Source of the DNA: a virus | Virus record (IMG/VR): IMGVR_UViG_3300009149_006183 | Location: 1 to 64,000 of that record | Strand: one strand, 5' to 3' | DNA: 64,000 bases | Shown here: one piece after another, positions 37,021 through 45,058 of the stretch | Layout: every line of letters starts with the position of its first letter | Position numbering within the stretch: position 1 is the stretch's first letter | The notes under the pieces: model-generated | The model's database searches: none | What the model was told of the DNA's origin: nothing | What the model saw: the letters and a program-made list of their open reading frames with translations, nothing else | Translations under genes and position numbers: made by a program

Positions 37021-39777
37021 TTATACCTTAATATCTTTAATATTAAATGCTGGTTCTGTCTGATATATCTTTTTTCTTTTTTTTCCGTGAGCGGAAAGAT
37101 ATTTACAACTATCTTGTATATCAACCACAGTGGCCGAGTCTTTTACCCTGCCAGATGGAGAGGTATAAGGTCTTAGAACTCTTCCCACTCTTTGCAAAGC
37201 ACGAGTCTGACTTTTTCCCCCACCGGCAAGGATTAGAGTGTCAAGAGGTTTACAGTCAATTCCTTCATCGAAAATCGAGGTTGCGACAGTCACTCCTGCC
37301 CTACCTTCTCTCATTTTTTGCAGGTGATCTTTTCTTTGTTTGCTAGAATGTTCGCCATGTAGAAAAACACTACCATCTATCAGTTTTTCAAGAATCTTTC
37401 CATGACTAACATGCTGACATAAAATTAAAACGAGTCTTCCCTGCTCCTCAAAATTTTTAGCTATTTTAGCTATATATTGATTTCTTTGTAAATTTTCGAC
37501 AATGCCCGTTTTATAATATTCATGATATGAGAATAAATCTTCCTTTGGCATTCCGAGATCAAACGGCAACAGGTAAATATCTGGTCGAATCAAATATTTA
37601 TTAGGATGTTCTATTAAATATGATGCTGTAATATTGCAAATTTGCCTACCAAAACAAGCATCAATCAAAATATCATCTCCCTTGTCTCTCCAGGGAGTAG
37701 CACTTAGCCCCCATCGATAACGGGCGGAAATAGAGTTATCTGCTATTATTTGAGCCGTTTCTGATGCCCAATGCTGACAATTGTGAACCAGCATCCCATT
37801 TGCGAAAAAACAATGAGTTTTTTCTACCGAAATATCATAAACAGTATCTTCATTTATATTCTCAATGCTTTCTATCTCCATATATTTTATACTGCATAAA
37901 TGATGGGATATATTCTTCGACAAGGGGGCGTATTCTTTGAGTGGCTTTTTTTGACAAATATAAGATATAATACCTTCTTGCTTTTTGAATAGTGGTTTTT
38001 CCATATTTATTAGAGAACCATTCAGAACACAATTTAACCTCTTCAAAAGAAAATCCTTCAGTATGAAGTCTAATTCCTGGGCCATGTGCCGACCCGTCAT
38101 CTCCGATCCATAAAGCGAGTCCAATATGTCCGATATTATTAAGCCATTCTGTTGTAATTCTTTTCTTACCGATAGCATATGCGATCTGGCATGCTCTAAA
38201 AAGATCTGGGAGGCAAGGAGTTCTAAAACAAATAGACATCTTTCCGAACCCTTTATTTTCTGCTTCATAATATTTTGGAAATAAATTTTTAAAAATATTT
38301 GCTTTGTACTTTGCCCATTCCTTTTGACATAATCCATGATTCCAACAAAATCTTGCGTTTTTACTCCTAACAGAAGGAAAAGTAATAAAAGAATCTCCCA
38401 AAAGAGTACCACAAATTGCTTGAAACTCAAACTGTGATAATTTAAAGTCATATAAAATATTTTTCTTGTCATGACCATAAATGTATTTTCTATAAGAAGA
38501 TCCCCCTTTGTTCTTAATAAAAAGATCCAAGGAGTTATATCGTAAATTAACTTTTTTTCCACATCCGCATTTACATAAAGGCGCCGAGGCAACCATTTGT
38601 TCAAATTTTTCATTCCATTCTGATCTACTACGTTTTTTGATTTGATGGCCCAATACATATTTTGGATATCTACTAGGGCTTTTTGATCGCACATCGATTT
38701 TTGTTCCACATCCGCATTGACAAAGGACAAAATCTTGTCTTTTGTTTCTAAATTCCCTGCTTGGACCCATCCTCTTTTTGTCTTGATTAAATGATTTTTT
38801 GTGCATTTTATTGACTTCCCAGAACAAAGCCTTATCTTAATTAATTTTTTCTTACCTTTATTTACAAAATGAGTTATTTTGTTCCATACAGCACTAGCTC
38901 CATTAAAACTAAGTATTTCCTCTCCAATAAATTTATTTAATTCTCTCATTTTTACATGACCAAAATTTTTAACAAAAACAAGAGCGTCTCCTGTTATGCA
39001 CTCGTCAGCCATAAAACCTTTTGCCGACTGTATTAACAATAGAATATCGTTTTTTTTCTGCTCTATTACTTTTAATTCTTCTTTTGATACCTTTTCCTTA
39101 TCTTCGTCATCGAATCTAATATATTTACCGCCCAATGATCGAACTGCCGTTTGGACAGTCATAACGTTTATATCTTTAATATCAAACTTTCCATTTCCAA
39201 TTATTCCAACCCCCAACGGCGAACCATTATATCTCAAAAATTTACCAAACTCTTGCTGTGTCTGCTGGAGTAAATCTATAGATGGAACATAAAAAACAAA
39301 TGGAGATACACCGATCTCTTGGATTATGCCAGCAGCTATAGCAGTCTTGCCAGACCCTGTTGGGCACTTTATTAGCCCTCTTTGCATCTCAACAGACTTT
39401 TTTATTACTTCAGTTTGGTAATCTCTAAACTCAAAATCTGCCGACATCTCTAATTCTATATTTTTACTTACGGCATCTCTTATATCAAATATCTCTAACT
39501 CGATACCGTTAGATACTAAAAAGTCTCTGGCTTTATTAAAAAGTCCTGTGGGGAAATGAGTGCCTTTCTTTTTTATAGAACACTTACACGACCTTTCATT
39601 GAAGTGCAAAGTACTTTCTATCCCATCCCAATTTTTATTGCCATATTTTATTTTAAAAATGGCAGTTTCCGGACGATAACCAAGAAGCTTTCTTAGACCT
39701 TGATATACGTCAGAGGGGAGCCGGTCAGCGATATAAGTTACAGTATTAGAAACGTATAGTTTTACTTTTTCACTCAT
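37021..39777 (-). CDS. SF2 (UvsW/Res-like) helicase with intein
   Basis: RDYQ, PTGSGKT, DE|CQH after splicing, GLSATP, FDEGID, QRVGRVLR. Confidence 0.92.
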   Translation of the reverse strand: MSEKVKLYVSNTVTYIADRLPSDVYQGLRKLLGYRPETAIFKIKYGNKNWDGIESTLHFNERSCKCSIKKKGTHFPTGLFNKARDFLVSNGIELEIFDIRDAVSKNIELEMSADFEFRDYQTEVIKKSVEMQRGLIKCPTGSGKTAIAAGIIQEIGVSPFVFYVPSIDLLQQTQQEFGKFLRYNGSPLGVGIIGNGKFDIKDINVMTVQTAVRSLGGKYIRFDDEDKEKVSKEELKVIEQKKNDILLLIQSAKGFMADECITGDALVFVKNFGHVKMRELNKFIGEEILSFNGASAVWNKITHFVNKGKKKLIKIRLCSGKSIKCTKNHLIKTKRGWVQAGNLETKDKILSFVNADVEQKSMCDQKALVDIQNMYWAIKSKNVVDQNGMKNLNKWLPRRLYVNADVEKKLIYDITPWIFLLRTKGDLLIENTFMVMTRKIFYMTLNYHSLSFKQFVVLFWEILLLLFLLLGVKTQDFVGIMDYVKRNGQSTKQIFLKIYFQNIMKQKIKGSERCLFVLELLASQIFLEHARSHMLSVRKELQQNGLIISDILDSLYGSEMTGRHMAQELDFILKDFLLKRLNCVLNGSLINMEKPLFKKQEGIISYICQKKPLKEYAPLSKNISHHLCSIKYMEIESIENINEDTVYDISVEKTHCFFANGMLVHNCQHWASETAQIIADNSISARYRWGLSATPWRDKGDDILIDACFGRQICNITASYLIEHPNKYLIRPDIYLLPFDLGMPKEDLFSYHEYYKTGIVENLQRNQYIAKIAKNFEEQGRLVLILCQHVSHGKILEKLIDGSVFLHGEHSSKQRKDHLQKMREGRAGVTVATSIFDEGIDCKPLDTLILAGGGKSQTRALQRVGRVLRPYTSPSGRVKDSATVVDIQDSCKYLSAHGKKRKKIYQTEPAFNIKDIKV
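37780..39000 (-). mobile_element. Intein (407 aa) in helicase motif II; endonuclease encoded in a different frame
   Basis: DE|CITGDALV...KCTKNHLIKTKRGW...VYDISVEKTHCFFANGMLVHN|CQH. Confidence 0.93.
37862..38827 (-). CDS. LAGLIDADG homing endonuclease with two CxCGCG modules, nested out-of-frame in the intein
   Basis: CQCGCG..KYVLGH, CKCGCG..KYIYGH, ICGTLLGDS, LALWIGDDGS, LHTEGFS. Probable start ATG 38806 after GGGAAG. Confidence 0.88.
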   Translation of the reverse strand: MFWEVNKMHKKSFNQDKKRMGPSREFRNKRQDFVLCQCGCGTKIDVRSKSPSRYPKYVLGHQIKKRSRSEWNEKFEQMVASAPLCKCGCGKKVNLRYNSLDLFIKNKGGSSYRKYIYGHDKKNILYDFKLSQFEFQAICGTLLGDSFITFPSVRSKNARFCWNHGLCQKEWAKYKANIFKNLFPKYYEAENKGFGKMSICFRTPCLPDLFRACQIAYAIGKKRITTEWLNNIGHIGLALWIGDDGSAHGPGIRLHTEGFSFEEVKLCSEWFSNKYGKTTIQKARRYYILYLSKKATQRIRPLVEEYIPSFMQYKIYGDRKH

Positions 39778-39989
39778 TAGATACTATTTCGAGGGGGTTT
39801 TTTCATCTTTTTCTTTGTTTGTTGAGGAGTTTTCCATTTTTTTATAACATCTTTTGTGCTATCGGGGACAATAGAAGGATCATATAACGAGAAATCCTGC
39901 CCCTTATTATCTCTTTTTTTAAAATTGGGTTGATCGTCAACAGAGGGACCGGTGTCATTAAGATATGTCGCTGTTTTTATTACTTTCAT
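39777..39989 (-). CDS. Small basic hypothetical protein
   Basis: 70-aa ORF with TAATG coupling to the helicase. Confidence 0.55.
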   Translation of the reverse strand: MKVIKTATYLNDTGPSVDDQPNFKKRDNKGQDFSLYDPSIVPDSTKDVIKKWKTPQQTKKKMKKPPRNSI

Positions 39990-40173
39990 TGTCTTCTGTC
40001 CAATTACTTACCCGTTGCAGCATATATCCTAACTTTTGATATATCCCTAACATTTTATTTCTGGCAAAATGGGTGGAAGAATTATCTAATAAATTAATCG
40101 CACCTTGAGTTTTTGCCATTGAATCTTTCAACTGTTTAACCATAAAATCTTTTTCATTTTCATATTTTTTCAT
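39958..40173 (-). CDS. Small hypothetical protein
   Basis: 71-aa helical ORF. Confidence 0.55.
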   Translation of the reverse strand: MKKYENEKDFMVKQLKDSMAKTQGAINLLDNSSTHFARNKMLGIYQKLGYMLQRVSNWTEDNESNKNSDIS

Positions 40174-40202
40174 ATTTTTTCAGCTTTCCAGGCTCCGATT
40201 GG

Positions 40203-41204
40203 CTACCATATTCTATCTGAGCCCAAATTCTCTTCTATTAATTTAACATCTCCTGGCTGCACTTCTCCGGAAATAGTCCGCAACAGAGCCTCATAAGTCA
40301 GTCCCGCCCTTCCAGCCGCTTTTCTTGCTTTATCAATTTTGTCTTGCACTTCTTTATAATATGGAGCCATTTCTTTATAAGTTGACCAATCAGACCCTCT
40401 AACAGGATCTAATAGTTTTTCTATTATCCCTAGAAACCACCAGGATGCCCCAGGACCGTTCATCTGTGCGGTTTTAAGAGTAGTAGACAAAACTTTCCAC
40501 TCCTCGTCTAAATCCAATCCAGAGAATACCTTCAGCATAATAATAAAGTCTGATGCATCACTATCATTATCGAACGACAGTTTAGCTACACCGCTAATTT
40601 TATCTATAATCTCTGTACCATCTATATATGAAATAACATCTTTCGCATTTAAACCGTGAAGCTTAAGTGCAGCACATAGTAAAGCCGATTGCTTAATAAC
40701 CTCATTCGAGATATCCGTATTTAATATCACAAAATCTTCTTTTTCATTCTCGGAATAACAGGAAACGTCTACCCAAGCAGTAGGCGTTAATATAACAGGG
40801 CAGTTTTTAACCTCAACCTCGAAAGCCGGACAAAGGATATCTTTCATAATAATCCAAGTAAGGGTCTGCTGGTATAGCCGCTGCACGACATTCTCATTCT
40901 CCTGGAATGAAGAAATTTTACGCAAATAATTAAAAATAGCATTTAATAAATTTAATCTATAAATCTCATTACAAAAAACGTCTTTAGAATAAATATTTTC
41001 AAAATTTGTAATATATAAACTAATCATACGATACATCGCTAAAGATAAATTACTAGGATTTCCAATAAATAATTTACCATTGATAAAACCTATTTTATCT
41101 TCTTTATCAAATTTAATTTCTATATCTATAAATTCTACATTATGATATTTACAAATAGAGCGCAGAATAGATTCTACTATTTTATAATTACTAATGTTAT
41201 ACAT
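40203..41204 (-). CDS. Hypothetical protein
   Basis: 333-aa ORF, TAATG-coupled. Confidence 0.65.
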   Translation of the reverse strand: MYNISNYKIVESILRSICKYHNVEFIDIEIKFDKEDKIGFINGKLFIGNPSNLSLAMYRMISLYITNFENIYSKDVFCNEIYRLNLLNAIFNYLRKISSFQENENVVQRLYQQTLTWIIMKDILCPAFEVEVKNCPVILTPTAWVDVSCYSENEKEDFVILNTDISNEVIKQSALLCAALKLHGLNAKDVISYIDGTEIIDKISGVAKLSFDNDSDASDFIIMLKVFSGLDLDEEWKVLSTTLKTAQMNGPGASWWFLGIIEKLLDPVRGSDWSTYKEMAPYYKEVQDKIDKARKAAGRAGLTYEALLRTISGEVQPGDVKLIEENLGSDRIW

Positions 41205-41692
41205 TAAACACCGTTTTTCCGATTGTTGAATTCTTTAACGCCATCCTGTTTATATTGCTCTACCGACGAGGAAGAAAATCCTAATTTAATTAAAAAATCC
41301 TCCCAATATTCACAACTATTTAACTCGTCTATCATCTCACCAAACTCACTATCCGATATTTTTGAGGCCACCGAGGTTTTCCTGTCTATCTTTTTCTTAG
41401 AAATAACTCCTTCATCTATTTCCTCATCTATTCCTTCATCTATTCCTATTCCTTCTGTATATTCCTGGACCATGTCGCTAACAAAATCTTCAATTGTCAT
41501 AAAGTCTAATTCTACTATAATCTTATGTTCGCAAGGACATAAAAAATCAAAGAAAAATACAGTTTTCTCTTTATATTTAGAGCTAACTCTAATTCCTATT
41601 CCCAAAATCCCGTTTTCATCCATAGTCTTTTGACATTGTGGACATCGATATTTATGCAAATCTTTTTTAAGCCACGTTGGAAGATCTATCAT
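41204..41692 (-). CDS. Hypothetical Zn-ribbon protein
   Basis: CPQC and CPC pairs. Confidence 0.6.
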   Translation of the reverse strand: MIDLPTWLKKDLHKYRCPQCQKTMDENGILGIGIRVSSKYKEKTVFFFDFLCPCEHKIIVELDFMTIEDFVSDMVQEYTEGIGIDEGIDEEIDEGVISKKKIDRKTSVASKISDSEFGEMIDELNSCEYWEDFLIKLGFSSSSVEQYKQDGVKEFNNRKNGV

Positions 41693-41742
41693 ATTTATAA
41701 TCCTATTAAAAATTGAAAAACTGAATCTCTACTCAACACCAT

Positions 41743-42963
41743 TTACCTCTTCTCATCTAAATGTAGATTATAAGACCAGGTTATCCCTCTCTTATCGTGT
41801 ATGCCAAATATTTTCTGTTCCGCTCTTGAACTCCTTTGTAAGTTTTTAAGTGAATAGATGTCCGAACCAACGAATGAACCATTAAACAAAAGTTTTCCGT
41901 GATTTGTTGTTATCTCTGCTGCATTATGAAAGTGAGCAGCGAGAGTATAGTCTGGAATTTCCCCCAAAACTCCAATCATTTGCTGCTCATAAGTTTGAAG
42001 ACCTTTTAGCGGAGTTCCGCCCCCGCGAACGTCCTCTCCATGAATTAATAAAAATTTATGATGTCTAATTTCCTCTAACATCCACCAGGTCTTAGGTACT
42101 ACAAATTTTACTCTAGGATTATTAGAAAATCTAGACTCTAAGAATTTATAACATAAGAAATCCCAATTAACATATTCTTTTTCAAATCCTTTAGGAGCGC
42201 ATCTTCCGTGATTCCCTGCAACACCATAAAATTTTATGTCATCAAAAATATCTAGCCAATAATAAATCATATCAGATATGGCATCATAACCCGCAATCAT
42301 TTGGTCATAAATTGGCATGTTAATATATGTTGGGCTCCAATTCCCGACATTATTCATCCCAGCCACTATGTCACCAAGACAGAATATATGAAGGGTTGGA
42401 ATCTTATATAAATGTGAATGCAGTTCAACTATATCTTCTGTTCCTCTTTTTAAAGTTTCGATACGCTTATAAAAGATATCTTGGTTATATTCGCTTATAC
42501 CGCCAGTTTCTTCTAAAGAATGTTCATGACCAATATGGGTATCAGAGAATAAAAGCCCGACATCCTCATTTGAATGCTCATATTTTGTTATACTTCTAAC
42601 TTTTGTTGCTTTACTTTTTATCTCTTTAGTTGGTAAACGTTCGATAGCCGAAACTATTCTGTCTGCTATTAAATCTGTTTTATACATGTCAGCTTTGAGT
42701 CGTCTATCGTTTAAATTCGACAGATGTTGTCCATAGCCCCTTTTTAAATCCTCTTTCATGCGGTGAGTATTTTTGTCGTAGAATTGAGTCTCTGTCCAGT
42801 TTGTAGCTCTATATTTTTTTTCACAGGAAGCAACACTTCTTTTTAGGTCTAAAGCTATTAGCCTATATGGAATATTTTCCAATCTTAATGCATATAATAT
42901 TTCCATTTCTTTTTCCGTCCAAGCTTTTGTATTAAAATTACTATTGCTTGTTTTTTTATTCAT
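41743..42963 (-). CDS. Calcineurin-like metallophosphoesterase with N-terminal Myb/HTH-like domain
   Basis: WTEKE..IAL.LKRS; SDTHIG, LGD, GNHGR, HG, AHFH. Confidence 0.85.
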   Translation of the reverse strand: MNKKTSNSNFNTKAWTEKEMEILYALRLENIPYRLIALDLKRSVASCEKKYRATNWTETQFYDKNTHRMKEDLKRGYGQHLSNLNDRRLKADMYKTDLIADRIVSAIERLPTKEIKSKATKVRSITKYEHSNEDVGLLFSDTHIGHEHSLEETGGISEYNQDIFYKRIETLKRGTEDIVELHSHLYKIPTLHIFCLGDIVAGMNNVGNWSPTYINMPIYDQMIAGYDAISDMIYYWLDIFDDIKFYGVAGNHGRCAPKGFEKEYVNWDFLCYKFLESRFSNNPRVKFVVPKTWWMLEEIRHHKFLLIHGEDVRGGGTPLKGLQTYEQQMIGVLGEIPDYTLAAHFHNAAEITTNHGKLLFNGSFVGSDIYSLKNLQRSSRAEQKIFGIHDKRGITWSYNLHLDEKR

Positions 42964-44080
42964 GATATTTATCCTTTTTTATTAAATCGTAATATCTACT
43001 TACTATGTTATCAAAACAGAAGTCACTCTGTGCTTGTTTCTGCCCTTCTAAAATAAGTTTATTTCTATACTCACTATTCTCTAAAATTTTAATCAATGCC
43101 TCTGAGAAAGTGTTAAATATCTCTTTGTCATAAGTAAAATTGTTATCTATATCTAAATTTTTATTAGCGATAATAATACCGCCGGACAATTCTGAGGAAT
43201 TTCCAACAGGTAACGAAACCCAAGGAGTTTGTGACGCCATAGATTCAATCAGAACTAATGGAGCCACTTCTTTCTGAGAGGGAAAGGCAAAAACATCTGC
43301 GGCTAAGAACGCAGAAACAACATCTTCTCTGTCTATATCTGTTAATAATTTAAAATCTATATTTTCGTTTTTAGCGATATTTATAAATCTATCTTTTAAA
43401 ATTTTAGAAAAGGGAACATCCGTTTTTGCGCTTATAAAAATAGCGATAGAATTTTTAACTTTATTTTGTACCCTTTTAATAATTTGTGGTAAAAATTCCT
43501 GTCCCTTACCTGGAAAGAAATTAGAAACACACAGAATTATCTTTGCATTCTTGTCTACGTTATATTTACTTCTAAAATCAACTTTACAATTTCGGAATTC
43601 TGAAAAATCAACACCGTTTGGAATTACAGAGACAGGTATCTTGTAATGTTTGCACATTAAATAGTCTATGTATTTTTGAGAATGAACAACAACATTTATA
43701 TCATTTTTGTTTTGAATTAACTTTTGTAAGAGTCTACCGTCCTGTCTCATTGCATTCATACCAACTAAAGCTATTGTTTTTCCACATTTTATATTTTTAA
43801 TATTATTTAAAAAATATGACCAATGAAAAAACATATCGCTATAAATTAGAACATGGTCAGGTTTTTCTTGTATTAATTCTTTTAAAAATTTTTGAGGAGA
43901 TGGACTTAAATTTTTATATAAAACATTATTATATCTGATTGCGGGACCAACATGAGATTTGCTTATAATTGAACAATCACAATTAAATTGTTGGTACAAA
44001 GATTCAGCAATTTGTTGAACAACTTTCTCACATCCCCCACAATGAGGCCATGAATGATTTACTAATATAAAAATTTTCAT
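42956..44080 (-). CDS. GT4-family glycosyltransferase
   Basis: GGCE, IPNGVD, KGQ, ADVFAFPSQKEVAPLVLIESMA. Confidence 0.92.
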   Translation of the reverse strand: MKIFILVNHSWPHCGGCEKVVQQIAESLYQQFNCDCSIISKSHVGPAIRYNNVLYKNLSPSPQKFLKELIQEKPDHVLIYSDMFFHWSYFLNNIKNIKCGKTIALVGMNAMRQDGRLLQKLIQNKNDINVVVHSQKYIDYLMCKHYKIPVSVIPNGVDFSEFRNCKVDFRSKYNVDKNAKIILCVSNFFPGKGQEFLPQIIKRVQNKVKNSIAIFISAKTDVPFSKILKDRFINIAKNENIDFKLLTDIDREDVVSAFLAADVFAFPSQKEVAPLVLIESMASQTPWVSLPVGNSSELSGGIIIANKNLDIDNNFTYDKEIFNTFSEALIKILENSEYRNKLILEGQKQAQSDFCFDNIVSRYYDLIKKDKYHE

Positions 44081-44089
44081 TATCAGTTA

Positions 44090-44893
44090 TTATTTAAACT
44101 CTGGTAAATATTTTTGCTTTAATATAGGTATGTCTTTTTTATTCCACTTGGTTTTAAATTTACTCCAACTACTTTGAAGAATGGCTTGCTTTTCCGTAAT
44201 TCCGATATTCCCTAAGGTTTGATGAGCCATATGAATTATTTTTGCTTTAAAATTCCACCCGATTTTAAATCCGGCTTTATGAGCTCTAAAATTAAAGTCA
44301 GGATCTTCGAAATAAGCTGGATTAAAAATTACATCAAACATACCTATTTCATCAACAACTTTTTGTTTAATTAACATTCCTCCACAACCAACATAACTAA
44401 AATCTTGATTTAATTTATCGTTTTTTCTACAAGGCATAAATACGTCATTAAGTTTCCAAGCCTCTACACCAACTAAATCATAACCAGAATTTAAAACAGA
44501 TAAATGATGGTCTAACCAGCCTGGACAAACATACTGGTCATTATCTAAAAACATTATATGATTTGGTTTCCTATTCTCATCTTTAGAAGTATTATATCCT
44601 AAATTTCTTCCTCCAATAACACCTAAATTCTCAGGGCATAAAACTAAAATTGAATTAAATTTATTTGTTTTATAAACATTGTCAAGAAGAAATTCTACTG
44701 TTCCATCTGTTGAACCGTTATCAATCCATACCAGACGAATGGATGTTTTTGGAAGATTTTCTGAGAAATGTTCTAAGAAGTTTTTAGAGACTTGAAGATG
44801 ATTATTAGATAAAACAATTATATCGACATTAATTTCTTTATGGTCTAAATCATTAAAGAATACTTTTGTTTTTGAAAATTTTTCTGTGTACAT
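44090..44893 (-). CDS. GT2-family glycosyltransferase
   Basis: IDNGSTDGT, NLG..GGRNLG, FLDND, GMFD, YFEDPD. Confidence 0.92.
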   Translation of the reverse strand: MYTEKFSKTKVFFNDLDHKEINVDIIVLSNNHLQVSKNFLEHFSENLPKTSIRLVWIDNGSTDGTVEFLLDNVYKTNKFNSILVLCPENLGVIGGRNLGYNTSKDENRKPNHIMFLDNDQYVCPGWLDHHLSVLNSGYDLVGVEAWKLNDVFMPCRKNDKLNQDFSYVGCGGMLIKQKVVDEIGMFDVIFNPAYFEDPDFNFRAHKAGFKIGWNFKAKIIHMAHQTLGNIGITEKQAILQSSWSKFKTKWNKKDIPILKQKYLPEFK

Positions 44894-44910
44894 AAGCTCG
44901 CTTCGCTCGC

Positions 44911-44936
44911 AAAAACCGTTCTTTTCAAGAACGGTT
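44911..44936 (-). terminator. Intrinsic terminator-like hairpin at the end of the virion gene block
   Basis: Minus strand AACCGTTCTT-GAA-AAGAACGGTT running into a T5 tract. Confidence 0.6.
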
Positions 44937-45058
44937 AGTAGTTTTATTTTTAATTATCTTGTAACTTCTATAAATATATTTTTTAGTACTCTCAAGTACA
45001 TAAGGATACAAAAATAAAATACACTTCTTCAAACAAAATTAGAAGTTTTGAAAATTTA

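Noticed and set aside
1-44900. Bacterial chromosome origin for the dnaE/dnaB/recA/infC genes
   Set aside because: Genes are divergent and out of bacterial operon context (infC without rpmI/rplT), interleaved with ORFans, and contiguous with virion-like genes on one strand.
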